Shown: piece after piece, positions 55,066 to 55,219 of the stretch
Position numbering within the stretch: the first letter of the stretch is position 1
How the letters are laid out: each line of letters starts with the position of its first letter
Source of the DNA: a virus
Taxonomy: Duplodnaviria > Caudoviricetes
IMG/VR virus record: IMGVR_UViG_3300022725_000123
Location: 1 to 55,219 of that record
DNA length: 55,219 nucleotides
Direction: 5' to 3' (one strand)
Position numbers and translations under genes: made by a program
The notes under the pieces: model-generated
Seen by the model: the letters and a program-made list of their open reading frames with translations, nothing else
Database searches by the model: none
Told to the model about the DNA's origin: nothing

Positions 55066-55219
55066 ATGATTTACTTAATTATTTATCTTTTAATAGGTGC
55101 GTATTCTGGTTTTGTATTAATACATTCCATTGACCAGTATTTTATTAAATATTTAAATAGACATTGTAATAGATATTGGATTACGTCTTATATTTATTAT
55201 CCCATTATGTGTGCTTGTT
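55066..55219 (+). CDS. partial membrane protein running off the window
   Basis: MIYLIIYLLIGAYSGFVLI..., open to the window end. Confidence 0.4.
   Translation, partial: MIYLIIYLLIGAYSGFVLIHSIDQYFIKYLNRHCNRYWITSYIYYPIMCAC

Overview
AT-rich fragment of a crAss-like (Crassvirales-type) phage genome in the standard genetic code, probably infecting a Bacteroidota host (TTTG-N20-TAnnTTTG promoters, Q-rule signal peptides). Bases 1-43.2 kb form a minus-strand late/structural block. It carries PhoH, a PD-(D/E)xK resolvase, tRNA-Thr, terminase, portal, scaffold-like protein, major capsid protein, ring/auxiliary capsid proteins, a GC-mosaic fibre/lysis module, an M15 endolysin, tail tubular and muzzle proteins, cargo/ejection proteins and the 5' part of a giant ORF, probably the virion RNA polymerase. 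From 43.3 kb the plus strand carries early small genes, tRNA-Arg, an SSB-like protein, family B DNA polymerase, an SF2 helicase, DnaB and an ATP-grasp ligase. The most unexplained signal is the gene-poor early region at 44.5-47.9 kb. It is tiled with long stems: an array of four CTTGTA...TACAAGTT-bracketed cassettes with unrelated structured interiors (one tRNA-like, one pseudoknot), a duplicated structured leader, and an antisense promoter firing through a triplex-forming motif into a 214-nt folded unit. Other highlights are three signal-peptide-bearing fibre-like proteins, a candidate tandem Acb2/Tad1-like sponge protein, and a tRNA-Thr with an A8-U14 swap. All calls come from reading the sequence by eye; no searches or folding programs were run.
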